From: Campylobacteraceae bacterium
GTDB lineage: Bacteria; Campylobacterota; Campylobacteria; Campylobacterales; Campylobacteraceae
Assembly: GCA_012519705.1 (NCBI GenBank)
Contig: JAAYPR010000051.1
Span: forward strand, 423-64,422
DNA length: 64,000 nt
Direction: 5' to 3'
In this document: positions 30,402 through 39,740 of the stretch, piece by piece
How positions within the stretch are numbered: the stretch's first letter is position 1
Layout of the letters: each line of letters opens with the position of its first letter
Position numbers and translations under genes: made by a program
Notes under the pieces: generated by a model
Told to the model about the DNA's origin: nothing
The model's database searches: none
Seen by the model: the letters and a program-made list of their open reading frames with translations, nothing else

Positions 30402-30619
30402 ATATCTAAACCATAAAGAGCTGAAATTTCATCCAAAGAGTAAGTTTTTTTATTTTTACTCTCATTTATGGACTTCATCGCTTCTTTATAGTCATCATAG
30501 TCATCAAGTAGGTTTTTAACTGCCTCTTGGAGATAGTAAGACTTTGTTCTTTTTGTCTCGTTAATAAGCTTTTCAAATCTTTTAGCCGACTCTTCGTCTA
30601 GCCTAAATGATAGTTGCAT
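30398..30619 (-). CDS. Ribbon-helix-helix antitoxin (RelB-like); start at ATG 30619
   Basis: AAGGA RBS; MQLSFRLDEE...RTKSYYLQEAV; acidic C-terminus; 4-nt overlap with toxin. Confidence 0.85.
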   Translation of the reverse strand: MQLSFRLDEESAKRFEKLINETKRTKSYYLQEAVKNLLDDYDDYKEAMKSINESKNKKTYSLDEISALYGLDI

Positions 30620-30798
30620 TTTAAGTCCTTCTTGTATTTTGTATAATATTTGTAAGACAAGTATAAACAGACTGACATTAAAAGAGGCTGAAAATTTGCA
30701 TAAATTTTTAAACAATAATTCAGCTTTTTACCTTACTTGAAGCAGTTTTTGGGTAAATTTGTTCCTTTTTATGAAATTTCAAATTTGAAAGGTTTTCA

Positions 30799-32088
30799 AT
30801 GGAGCAGCAAATTTTAGAAACACAGTTTGCATTTATGAAAATTATCAAAACTTTTGGTGTTGATAGTGTGAGCTATCTAGTCAAAATGGACTTTTATGCC
30901 ACGTTTTTGGCTGTTTGTTTAGTGCTATTTTTAGGTTCAGCTATCACGAAAAAAGTTCATTTTTTACAAAAATATAGCATCCCTATCCCCGTTACTGGCG
31001 GGCTTGTTGTCGCTATAGTTTTGTTTCTAACTCAGGTTTTATTTGATGTAAAAGTTGGCTTTGAGGAGAGCATTAAAAACCCTTTAATGCTTATGTTTTT
31101 TACTTCGGTTGGACTTGGTGCGGACTTTGCAAGTCTTAAAAAAGGCGGCAGGCTTTTAGTACTTTTTGCTATATCGGTTTGTCTATTTTTGTTCGTACAA
31201 AACGCAGTCGGCGTTGGTGTGATGACTTTAATGGGCGAAAACCCGCTTCTTGGGCTACTTGCAGGCTCTGTTACGCTAAGCGGTGGACACGGAACCGGAG
31301 CAGCGTGGGGAAACATCTTTGCAAATGCACCTTATAACTTCACTCCGGCTATCGAAGTAGCGATGGCTAGTGCGACTTACGGACTAATCGCTGGTGGACT
31401 TTTAGGCGGACCTATCGCTCAGCACTTAATCGTAAAGTACAACCTTAAATCAAACGAAGAGGATTTAGAACTCACAACGAGTGATAAAGTTTTTGCCGAG
31501 CCACAAAAAGAAAGGCTCATAACATCAGGCTCATTTTTGAGAAGTTTGGGGCTTTTTGCTTTGGCGATGTTTATAGGAACGACTATTTCAGCACTTACAA
31601 AAGGCTCTGCTCTGACTCTACCGACTTTTGTTTGGTGTCTTTTTTCGGGGATTATCATAAGAAACTCATTTTCTTACTTTAATATTCATCAAGTTTTTGA
31701 TAGGGAAGTTGGAGTTATAGGAAACGTAAGTCTTGGACTATTTTTGGCGATGGCGATAATGACTCTAAACTTAGTTGAACTTACAAAACTAGCAGTTCCT
31801 TTAATCACACTTCTTGCTGTTCAGACTGTCGTTATGGCTCTGTATGCTAGATATATAACGTTTGCGATTTGTGGGCGTGACTATGATGCAGCGTGTTTGG
31901 TGGCGGGGCATTGTGGGTTTGGTATGGGGGCAACTCCAACAGCTGTTGCAAACCTTCAAGCAGTTACTTACAACTTCGGTCCTTCAACGATAGCGTTTAT
32001 CGTAGTTCCGATAATGGGCGGGTTTATAGTTGACATTGCAAATGCTTTGACAATTCAGTCGTTTCTGTTTTTGCCTATTTTTAGGTGA
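30799..32088 (+). CDS. gltS: Sodium/glutamate symporter (true start may be downstream, e.g. MDFYATF)
   Basis: IPIPVTGG, FFTSVGL, LSGGHGTGAAWG, AGHCGFGMGATPTA. Confidence 0.92.
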   Translation: MEQQILETQFAFMKIIKTFGVDSVSYLVKMDFYATFLAVCLVLFLGSAITKKVHFLQKYSIPIPVTGGLVVAIVLFLTQVLFDVKVGFEESIKNPLMLMFFTSVGLGADFASLKKGGRLLVLFAISVCLFLFVQNAVGVGVMTLMGENPLLGLLAGSVTLSGGHGTGAAWGNIFANAPYNFTPAIEVAMASATYGLIAGGLLGGPIAQHLIVKYNLKSNEEDLELTTSDKVFAEPQKERLITSGSFLRSLGLFALAMFIGTTISALTKGSALTLPTFVWCLFSGIIIRNSFSYFNIHQVFDREVGVIGNVSLGLFLAMAIMTLNLVELTKLAVPLITLLAVQTVVMALYARYITFAICGRDYDAACLVAGHCGFGMGATPTAVANLQAVTYNFGPSTIAFIVVPIMGGFIVDIANALTIQSFLFLPIFR

Positions 32089-32098
32089 GTGATATAGC

Positions 32099-32413
32099 CG
32101 CCATTGCGAGGAGCGAAGTGACGAAGCAAGCCAATGAATAAAAGCTTAATAAATTTATAAGTTTTATGCTTGGAAAAATTTTGTATATGATTTTACAAAA
32201 ACTAACCATTAAATTTGGTTTAAAATTCAATTTAATGGATTGCCACGGCAACAAGTTGCCTCGCAATGACGGGTGGAGAGTGTTTTTTGTAATTTTGGTT
32301 TTAGAATTTTCTTTAAAATAATCACTAGATTGCCACGATTTTACTTCGTAAAATCTCGCAATGACGGATAGAGAGTGGATTGTCACGCTTGCTAACGCAA
32401 GCTCGCAATAACG
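32099..32413. repeat. CGTC-tagged REP-like palindrome cluster 2 (four copies)
   Basis: + copy 32099-32132; minus copies 32237-32271, 32327-32366, 32377-32413 (last is 35/37 identical to 23824-23860). Confidence 0.88.
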
Positions 32414-32487
32414 GGTAGAGAGTGGTTTTAGTGAATTAATTTTTCTAAATTTTTGTGATAACGAAGTAAAATAATGATAAATGTATC

Positions 32488-32859
32488 TTAAAACTGCCTA
32501 AAAATCAACATCCCCAAATAACATGCTAAAAGAGCAAGTCCGACGCTTAGAAAGATATTTACAAAAGCAAGGGCTAAGTCTCCCTTCATCATCATCTCTA
32601 AGTTCTCATAACTAAAAGTTGAAAATGTAGTAAGCCCACCTAAAAAACCTGGTATTAAAAACGAGCGAAGTTCAGGACTGAGCTTTACAGCGACACTCAT
32701 AAAAACGCCGATTAAAAACCCGCCCAAAACATTTACTATCATAGTTCCATAAGGGAAATTTGAACCAAAAGCTTTAAAAGAGTAAGTAGTTATTAGCACT
32801 CTTAAAATCGCTCCTAAAAACCCACCACAACCAACTAAAAAAAGGATTTTCAAACTCAC
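32488..32859 (-). CDS. crcB: Fluoride channel Fluc/CrcB
   Basis: GGFLGA..R, FPYGT..VN, GFLGGLTTFSTFS. Confidence 0.95.
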   Translation of the reverse strand: MSLKILFLVGCGGFLGAILRVLITTYSFKAFGSNFPYGTMIVNVLGGFLIGVFMSVAVKLSPELRSFLIPGFLGGLTTFSTFSYENLEMMMKGDLALAFVNIFLSVGLALLACYLGMLIFRQF

Positions 32860-33539
32860 TCCACAGGTTTTAAAATATATCCAAGGCTTTGGACATTAGT
32901 TAAATTTATACCATCAAGCTGTTTTTTAAGACGTAAAATCGCTGTATGAATCGCCCCAGTGGTAACACTTTTGCCATCATATGCGTAGTTTTCTATCATC
33001 TCATAGGTAACTAAATTTGAAAGATTGTAGCAAAAAAGCCAAAATATTGAGTTTTCTAGTTTTGTAAGGTAAATTTCCTTGCCATCTTTGAAAATTCTCT
33101 CTTTATTGAAATTCAGAGTTATAGACGGGGTTAAATTTAGAGTTTTAGTTTTGTTTTTTAGAGCTGCCATTATGACTGTGTTTTGCAAGTCTTCCATTGT
33201 AACTGGTTTTTTCATAAATGAAATCGCTCCTTTTTCTATGCTTTTAAAAAGGTTTTTATCACTGTCATAGGAAGTTATGACGATGAAGTTTTGGTCGGGT
33301 TTGAGTTTTAAAATTTCGTTCATCATATCAAAACCGTTTAAATTTGGCATTAATATATCAGTAATAACTATATCAACTCTATCTTGCTTGAATTTTTCTA
33401 ATCCATCAAGCCCGTCAACTGCCGTGATAAAAGACTCACAATGTTTCTTAAGTCCGTTTGAAATAGCCACTCTTGTTAGTTCGTCATCATCAACTAAAAG
33501 AACTCTTGTATTTTCTAAAACTTTTAATCTCTCATTCAT
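32856..33539 (-). CDS. OmpR-type response regulator (receiver plus winged helix)
   Basis: LLVDDD, ITDILMP phospho-Asp, FMKKP; C-terminal LTKLE...IHTAILRLKKQL...VQSLGY. Confidence 0.9.
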   Translation of the reverse strand: MNERLKVLENTRVLLVDDDELTRVAISNGLKKHCESFITAVDGLDGLEKFKQDRVDIVITDILMPNLNGFDMMNEILKLKPDQNFIVITSYDSDKNLFKSIEKGAISFMKKPVTMEDLQNTVIMAALKNKTKTLNLTPSITLNFNKERIFKDGKEIYLTKLENSIFWLFCYNLSNLVTYEMIENYAYDGKSVTTGAIHTAILRLKKQLDGINLTNVQSLGYILKPVE

Positions 33540-35194
33540 TTTTGCTCCATATTTTGTTTGATGGTTAGTTTAAAAATAGTTGGGTTTTTAGCTTGAAAAA
33601 GCTCGATATCTCCGCCAAGTTTATCTTGTGCGATAACTTTTGAAAGATACAGCCCTATGCCACTACCGTGCTTTTTAGTGCTTTTTTTGTATTTTGTAAA
33701 AAGTGTGCTTGGGTTTGAAACCCCATGTCCTGTATCTTTTACATAAATTTCCACAAACTCACCCTCAACTCTCGCTTCTATATAAATTCGCTTTTTTCTC
33801 TCTTTGTTTCTTAGTGCATCTTTTGAGTTTTGTAAAAGCACTAGTAAAATTTGCTGTAAAAAGCTCTCATTTGAGACTACTTTTATATTAAATTTATCGA
33901 TAAAAAGACTTATGCTGTATTTTGCAAAGTCCATTTGAAGAAGTTTTGTTAAATTTACAATAGCAGTGTATAAATCAAACTCGCTTATATCATCTTTAAA
34001 CTCATAGAAATTTCTAAAGCTCTCAACAGTTTCGTTCATTAACAGGGTTGATTTTATACAAAGGTCTAAATTTTCTAAAAGCTCCTCATCGCTTAAATCG
34101 CCACTATTTTTTTGATCTTTTGTGCTACTTAGCAGTAGTAAAGATGAGTTTAAAGGCTGTTTTAGCTGATGAGCGATAGATGCGATAAGCTCTCCTGTCT
34201 CGCTCATTTTAAGCTGATGAGAGAGGATAAACTCATACTCTTTTTGTTTTTTTAAGATTTTATTATGTATAAATGTGTGGATATAGTTTGAAAATATTAT
34301 GAGTAGTAGAAATAAAATCGTTAAAACAGTTCCGTTTTTTACTAAAATTTGTATAGTGCTATCAGTGATGACTTTTTCATCTATGCTAACTCCAACATAC
34401 CAGTTTACAAGGGGAATTTTAACTACTTCTATAAAGTTATCTTGGTATTTAAATATCCAGCCTTTACTCTCCTCTTTGGAGTTTAAAAAGCTCTGTTTTA
34501 AATTTGGATAGTTCTCTTTTTTAATCAAAGATGAGATAATCTCCCCATCTTCATCAAAAAGGTAAGCATTATCAACAAAAGGATGAATTTTAGGGCGAAT
34601 TTTTTGAAAAAACTCTGATGCGATAATCACCCCGCAAACTGAGCCTTCTGTAACGCTGTTTTCAAAGGTTGAGCAGATGTGGATAGTTCTAGTATTTAAA
34701 ATATCGTGATGGTTGACTATGGAGATACTGCTTGAGTTGTTTCCGCAGATTGACTTTTGAAACCAGCAGGTTTTCATCACGCTTTCAAGGTTTTCTATTT
34801 TTTCAAATTTATTATCAAAGATTAAAAAACCGTTTTCAAAAATGATTTGATAGTGGTCAAAAAACGGACTATCTTTATCTATAATGTTTGACTCTTTTAC
34901 AAACTCAAAACTCTCTTCTTCGCTGTAAGAGTTGGTAAAAAACTCTAAAAATGAAGCGAAGTTTTCAATGCTTTTTATCCGAGTTGAGAGCCACTCATTT
35001 GTGCTAAAGCTTATCTCTTTTGAGATGGAGTTTCTAAAGCTAGAGCCTAAATTTAAGATTTCATTTTTGATTTGAAAATAGCTTAAGATAAAGGAGGAGG
35101 TTACCATTATGGTAAACAAAAAAAGGATTGCGTAAATTTTAGCATTTTCAAATTGATAAAACTTAGATAATAAGTTTCTAAATTTAACTCTCAA
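33536..35194 (-). CDS. Sensor histidine kinase with periplasmic Cache-like domain
   Basis: Two TM helices flanking a periplasmic region of about 240 aa; IAHQLKQPLN H-box, N-box, DTGHG, GSGIGL. Confidence 0.9.
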   Translation of the reverse strand: MRVKFRNLLSKFYQFENAKIYAILFLFTIMVTSSFILSYFQIKNEILNLGSSFRNSISKEISFSTNEWLSTRIKSIENFASFLEFFTNSYSEEESFEFVKESNIIDKDSPFFDHYQIIFENGFLIFDNKFEKIENLESVMKTCWFQKSICGNNSSSISIVNHHDILNTRTIHICSTFENSVTEGSVCGVIIASEFFQKIRPKIHPFVDNAYLFDEDGEIISSLIKKENYPNLKQSFLNSKEESKGWIFKYQDNFIEVVKIPLVNWYVGVSIDEKVITDSTIQILVKNGTVLTILFLLLIIFSNYIHTFIHNKILKKQKEYEFILSHQLKMSETGELIASIAHQLKQPLNSSLLLLSSTKDQKNSGDLSDEELLENLDLCIKSTLLMNETVESFRNFYEFKDDISEFDLYTAIVNLTKLLQMDFAKYSISLFIDKFNIKVVSNESFLQQILLVLLQNSKDALRNKERKKRIYIEARVEGEFVEIYVKDTGHGVSNPSTLFTKYKKSTKKHGSGIGLYLSKVIAQDKLGGDIELFQAKNPTIFKLTIKQNMEQK

Positions 35195-35272
35195 ATTCAG
35201 GCTCCTTTGTAAACTTTCTCTACTGCTTTGTTAAATAAAAAATAGTTTACTTAAGAAAACAGTATTTGATGA

Positions 35273-35297
35273 GCTAGGGAGCAACTCACTCCCTAGC
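35273..35297. terminator. Hairpin between assT2 and the kinase gene (weak U-tract on the minus strand)
   Basis: GCTAGGGAG / CTCCCTAGC. Confidence 0.45.
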
Positions 35298-35318
35298 AAA
35301 AAATGTGAAGATTTTATC

Positions 35319-37172
35319 TCACTTGCTTAAAGCTTTTTCTACGCTAAATGGGAAAGCTTGGTATCCGCTACTTCCTGACATATGGATTTTAAGTTCAAAT
35401 GATGGCTCTGTTGCATTCCATTCAAACTCACTTAGAGTTGGTGTTGGAGCACCAATTCTTGTGCCTGTCGCAAGGTCAAAGTCCATACCAGCTGTAGCTG
35501 AGTAAACAAGAACAGAGTCTTTGTCTTCATGATACTCTGTTAGTGAAGTAACAGGGCTATAGTAAGACTTGCCTCTTTGTTTTCCATATTCCCAAATTTG
35601 TTCAACCGTCATGTTTTTTTGATCAACTTTATAAATAACACCACGGCTATATTTCATATCTGGAAGTGCAGGTTGTTCAAACCCTCTACTGTCACCGTTG
35701 TCAAATACCGCTACAGTAACTACATCTTCATTTGTTTTGCTATCGATTACAAATGCTGTGTGCTGAGTATAAGTCCAGTCAAATCCACCTTCTGGGTTTA
35801 GATATCCAGGACATTTTGTATACTCATCTTCACATACGATTTTGTTACCTTCGCTATCAACTGGTTGAAGTAGGTATTGTTTAAACTCATCTTTCCAGCC
35901 TTTGTGAGCACCTAAAATCCACTTAACTTTTTTATCTCTACCGATTTTAATAACTGCGTTTTGGTGGCGAGATGAGATAACTATACTATCATCGCTTGGA
36001 TCGTGATCAACACTATTTACGTGAGCCCAGTTTCTACCAGCTCCACTTCCAACGATATCGCCAAATTTATCACTTGCATCAAGTGCTGCCAAGTCATCAT
36101 CACTTAGAGTTTGACCAGCTTGAGATGCGTCGATGTTTAGACAAACTGCACCTTGGTCAAGAACTTTTAGAACATTATCTCTATATGGATCTAAAATTTG
36201 GAAAAGTTTCCAGTCATCTACAACGTTCCCATCTTTATCTACTTCTATAATCACGTCTCTAACAGTTCTAACGTTTTTACCATCTGGGCGTTTTGTATTA
36301 GCTGAAGCTACGCGAAGTAGGTAGTTTCCGTTGTCCATATTGTCCATAGAGTGTGAGAAGTCAATATAGCCTTTTGGAAGAGGGCGGTTAAAAATCTCAC
36401 GTCCTAAGATGTCATATTTAGCATAGTTTTGTCCATATCCCCAAGTGATAGCCCCATCATCATTTTGCTTAAAGCCCATCATAACACCAGCATTAAACGC
36501 AGAGTGTAGGTTGTAAATAGGTGGATAGAACATATACCATCTAACTTCACCTTTTGTATCAAGGATATAGTTGTTTGGCTCAAAATTCCACTCTAGTGCA
36601 CCACCCATTGGGTTGTTCCAAACTAGCTCAACACCATTTGCACTTTTGCCACCTAAGTTGTTGATAAAGTAAAGTCTGTCTGCAAATTTTTCAGTTGGCT
36701 CTTTTGTGATTTCAATACTATCAAAAAATGCACTCTTTTGTCCTCTTAGTCCGCTTCCGTTAGACCAAACAGCAGGTGCGTAAATTTTATAATCTTCTTT
36801 GATTACTTCCTCTTGTCCTTTGTAAATTCTAGTATATTCAACCTCAACCGTGTTTTGATAGTCTGCATACATACCAAATACTGGAATTCCACCATGAGTT
36901 AAAAGATGCTTATTTGCAACTTTGTATTTGATTTCCTGACCACCTGGCTTTGGAACGATTCTAACAGTAACATCTTTGATATCATAGCCGCCATTTGAGA
37001 TTATCGCTGTAAGTGGTGCGATACCGTAAGGGTTTGCTTTAACTGCACCCAGTTTTCCTTGAAGAACATAGTCAGTTCTTGGACCGCTTGCTCCACCAAT
37101 TGCTAGAGCTTGTGTAGCACCTACAGTTAGTAACAAACCAGCAACAACTGCTGAACTTAAAATTTTTTTCAT
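35319..37172 (-). CDS. assT: Periplasmic aryl-sulfate sulfotransferase, copy 2
   Basis: Sec signal peptide; DFSHSMD, NWAHVNS, SSRHQ, TQHTAF catalytic motifs; Cys pair CEDEYTKC. Confidence 0.92.
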   Translation of the reverse strand: MKKILSSAVVAGLLLTVGATQALAIGGASGPRTDYVLQGKLGAVKANPYGIAPLTAIISNGGYDIKDVTVRIVPKPGGQEIKYKVANKHLLTHGGIPVFGMYADYQNTVEVEYTRIYKGQEEVIKEDYKIYAPAVWSNGSGLRGQKSAFFDSIEITKEPTEKFADRLYFINNLGGKSANGVELVWNNPMGGALEWNFEPNNYILDTKGEVRWYMFYPPIYNLHSAFNAGVMMGFKQNDDGAITWGYGQNYAKYDILGREIFNRPLPKGYIDFSHSMDNMDNGNYLLRVASANTKRPDGKNVRTVRDVIIEVDKDGNVVDDWKLFQILDPYRDNVLKVLDQGAVCLNIDASQAGQTLSDDDLAALDASDKFGDIVGSGAGRNWAHVNSVDHDPSDDSIVISSRHQNAVIKIGRDKKVKWILGAHKGWKDEFKQYLLQPVDSEGNKIVCEDEYTKCPGYLNPEGGFDWTYTQHTAFVIDSKTNEDVVTVAVFDNGDSRGFEQPALPDMKYSRGVIYKVDQKNMTVEQIWEYGKQRGKSYYSPVTSLTEYHEDKDSVLVYSATAGMDFDLATGTRIGAPTPTLSEFEWNATEPSFELKIHMSGSSGYQAFPFSVEKALSK

Positions 37173-37248
37173 TTTTTCTCCTTTTTGTAAGGTAAGAAAG
37201 CTAGCAAATTTAACATTTGCACCTAGGGTTTTGTTCGCCTATACTTGA

Positions 37249-37279
37249 ATTTTACTCCAAGTTCTCACAAAGTTCTAAT
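37249..37279 (-). promoter_or_regulatory. assT2 promoter: -10 TAAAAT plus tandem repeat box
   Basis: Plus strand GTTCTCAC-AAA-GTTCTAAT (37261-37279), 6 nt from ATTTTA (37249-37254). Confidence 0.65.
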
Positions 37280-37374
37280 AATTATATAAAAATATGCTTA
37301 AAATTTAAGATAAAAATTTAAATTACAAAGTTAAGATTTTAAAAAGTTAACTAAAAAAGAGATATATAGCATTA

Positions 37375-37392
37375 GGGGGCAAATTTGCCCCC
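37375..37392. terminator. GC-rich hairpin after assT1
   Basis: GGGGGCA-AATT-TGCCCCC. Confidence 0.55.
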
Positions 37393-37422
37393 CCTGCAAG
37401 GAAAAATACGTTACAAGCTTTA

Positions 37423-39249
37423 TTACTTACTTAAAGCTTTCTCGATACTAAATGGCCATGCTTGGTAACCCATAGCGTTGGTCATTACGATTTCAACAGC
37501 TGGCTCTGTTTCACCCCATCTAAACTCGTTGATGTGTGGGCTTGGAAGACCTGTTGGGTTTCCTGTAGCGATGTCAAACTGCATTCCAGCAACAGCTGAG
37601 TAAGCAAATACTGAGTTTTTGTCTGCTTGGTATTCTGTTAGAGATGTAACTGAGCTATACCAGTCAAATCCTCTTTCTTTTCCATACTCCCAAACTTGTT
37701 CAACTGTCATATTCTTTTGGTCGATTTTGTAAACAACCGCTCTTGAATACTTCATAGTTGGAAGTGCTGGTTGAGTCATACCTCTACTATCACCGTTGTC
37801 AAAAGCACTTACATAGATGATATCGCCTTTGCTTAACTCATCGATTTTAAATGCTGTATGTTGTGTCCATGTAAAGTCGAAGTCTGAGTTTTCACAAACA
37901 CCTTTTTCGTTACAATTGATTTTGTTTCCTTGGGCGTCAATTGGTTGTAAAAGTTTGCTTTGGAACTCTTCTTTCCAGCCTTCACTTGCACCAAGTATCC
38001 AAGTAACTTCTTTGTTTCTACCGATTTTAATGATAGCGTTTTGGTGTCTTGAGCTTAGGATGATACTATCATCTTCTGCGTCGTGATCAACACTGTTTAC
38101 GTGTGCCCAGTTTCTTCCTGGTCCAGAACCCACGATATCGCCAAACTGATCATTTGTATCCATAGCTGCTAACTCATCTTCACTTAGAGTTTGTCCACCC
38201 ATTGAAGCGTCGATGTTTAGACATACCGCACCTTGGTCAAGAACTTTTAGAGCTACGTCTCTATATGGATCTAGCATCTCATATAGTCTCCAGTCATCAA
38301 CAACATTACCATCTTTATCAACTTCAACGATAACGTCTCTTACTGTTCTAACGTTTTTACCGTCATTTCTCTTTAGGTTTGCGTTTGCAACTCTTAGGAA
38401 GTAGTTACCGTTTGGACTATCATCCATTGAGTGTGAGTAGTCAACGTAACCTGCTGGTAACTCTCTGTTGAAAATCTCTCTACCCATGATGTCGTATTTA
38501 ACATATCTTTGTCCATATCCCCAAGTGATAGCACCGTCATCATTTTGCTTAAAGCCCATCATAACACCAGCGTGGAATGCCGAGTCAAGCTTATAGATAG
38601 TTGTAGCATCTAAGAACCATCTAATCTCACCTGTTGTATCCACGATGAAGATTTGTGGGTCATAGTTCCACTCTAACGCACCACCCATTGGGTTGTTCCA
38701 TACAACTTTTGTACCTTTTCCAGTTTTGTTTTGGAAGTTGTTTACAAAGTAAAGTCTGTCTTTGAAGTCATCATCAACTTTTACAACTTCGATTTTGTCA
38801 AAGAACACGCCTTTTTGTGAAGCGTGACCTGATGTTGGTCCATAAACTGGTGGTGCATAAAGAGTATAAGTTTCGTTAACTTTTTCTTCAACACCTTTGT
38901 ATGTTTTTGTATAGCTAACTTCTACTTTGTTTACATAGTCAGGATATAAGCCAAATACTGGAATACCACCATGTGTGCCAAGTTCGCCGTTTGCAACATC
39001 GTATTTAATCTCTTGGCCACCTTCTTTTGGCACGATTCTAACAGTCGCGTCTTTTATGCTATATCCACCATTTTTGATAACAGCTGTTAATGGAGCTATA
39101 TCATATGGGTTCATAACAACTTCACCGATTACACCTTGAACAGCGTAGTCAGTTCTTGGACCACTTGCTCCACCAATCGCTAGAGCTGAAGTAGCACCTA
39201 CAGTTAGCAACAAACCAGCAACAACTGCTGAACTTAAAATCTTCTTCAT
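37423..39249 (-). CDS. assT: Periplasmic aryl-sulfate sulfotransferase, copy 1
   Basis: Same catalytic motifs (DYSHSMD, NWAHVNS, SSRHQ, TQHTAF); Cys pair CNEKGVC. Confidence 0.92.
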   Translation of the reverse strand: MKKILSSAVVAGLLLTVGATSALAIGGASGPRTDYAVQGVIGEVVMNPYDIAPLTAVIKNGGYSIKDATVRIVPKEGGQEIKYDVANGELGTHGGIPVFGLYPDYVNKVEVSYTKTYKGVEEKVNETYTLYAPPVYGPTSGHASQKGVFFDKIEVVKVDDDFKDRLYFVNNFQNKTGKGTKVVWNNPMGGALEWNYDPQIFIVDTTGEIRWFLDATTIYKLDSAFHAGVMMGFKQNDDGAITWGYGQRYVKYDIMGREIFNRELPAGYVDYSHSMDDSPNGNYFLRVANANLKRNDGKNVRTVRDVIVEVDKDGNVVDDWRLYEMLDPYRDVALKVLDQGAVCLNIDASMGGQTLSEDELAAMDTNDQFGDIVGSGPGRNWAHVNSVDHDAEDDSIILSSRHQNAIIKIGRNKEVTWILGASEGWKEEFQSKLLQPIDAQGNKINCNEKGVCENSDFDFTWTQHTAFKIDELSKGDIIYVSAFDNGDSRGMTQPALPTMKYSRAVVYKIDQKNMTVEQVWEYGKERGFDWYSSVTSLTEYQADKNSVFAYSAVAGMQFDIATGNPTGLPSPHINEFRWGETEPAVEIVMTNAMGYQAWPFSIEKALSK

Positions 39250-39358
39250 TTTTTCTCCTTATGGTAAAATTAACTAAATACCTTAAGCCAAAAACAACTA
39301 CGAAGTAATTTATCGTAGCTCTCTTTATGGAGACTTTGCTGCTTTTTAGCTTGGAGAG

Positions 39359-39390
39359 ATTATATAAAAGAGTTCTTACGAAGTTCTCAC
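39359..39390 (-). promoter_or_regulatory. assT1 promoter: -10 TATAAT plus tandem repeat box
   Basis: Plus strand GTTCTTAC-GAA-GTTCTCAC (39372-39390), 7 nt from ATTATA (39359-39364). Confidence 0.75.
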
Positions 39391-39679
39391 AAATTTATTA
39401 AATATATATTAAATTGAAAATAAAAGAAAAAATAAATAAAAAGTTATAATAAATAAATTTAAATTATAAATTTTAAAGTGAGAACGAGGTTATATATATG
39501 AGAAATTTAGGGTGCTTTAACAAATTTTTCTTTTAAAGAGATAATTATAGAAGCTATTGGTATAAAATTTTTTTAAAACAAACTATCAGGTGGTTAATCA
39601 AAGGAAAAGTATATAGTGTATATTTAAATTGATGAAGTTAAAAAGATAAACTATAGGCTAAAAATACTCTAAAGCAGGA

Positions 39680-39703
39680 CTAGGGAGTAAGTTTACTCCC
39701 TAG
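39680..39703. terminator. Hairpin after dsbI
   Basis: CTAGGGAGTAA / TTACTCCCTAG. Confidence 0.55.
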
Positions 39704-39740
39704 AGAAAATTTTTGTTTAACAGTTTTTTGTGGAGAATAC

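Noticed and set aside
32081-32386. 101-aa minus-strand ORF (MTIHSLSVIARFYEVKSWQS...)
   Set aside because: It is a translation of REP cluster 2 and its AT-rich spacer; VIAR...SWQS peptides come straight from the repeat consensus
39391-39679. Very AT-rich 290-bp gap between dsbI and the assT1 promoter
   Set aside because: No ORF, repeat or stable structure identified beyond the promoter box and terminal hairpin
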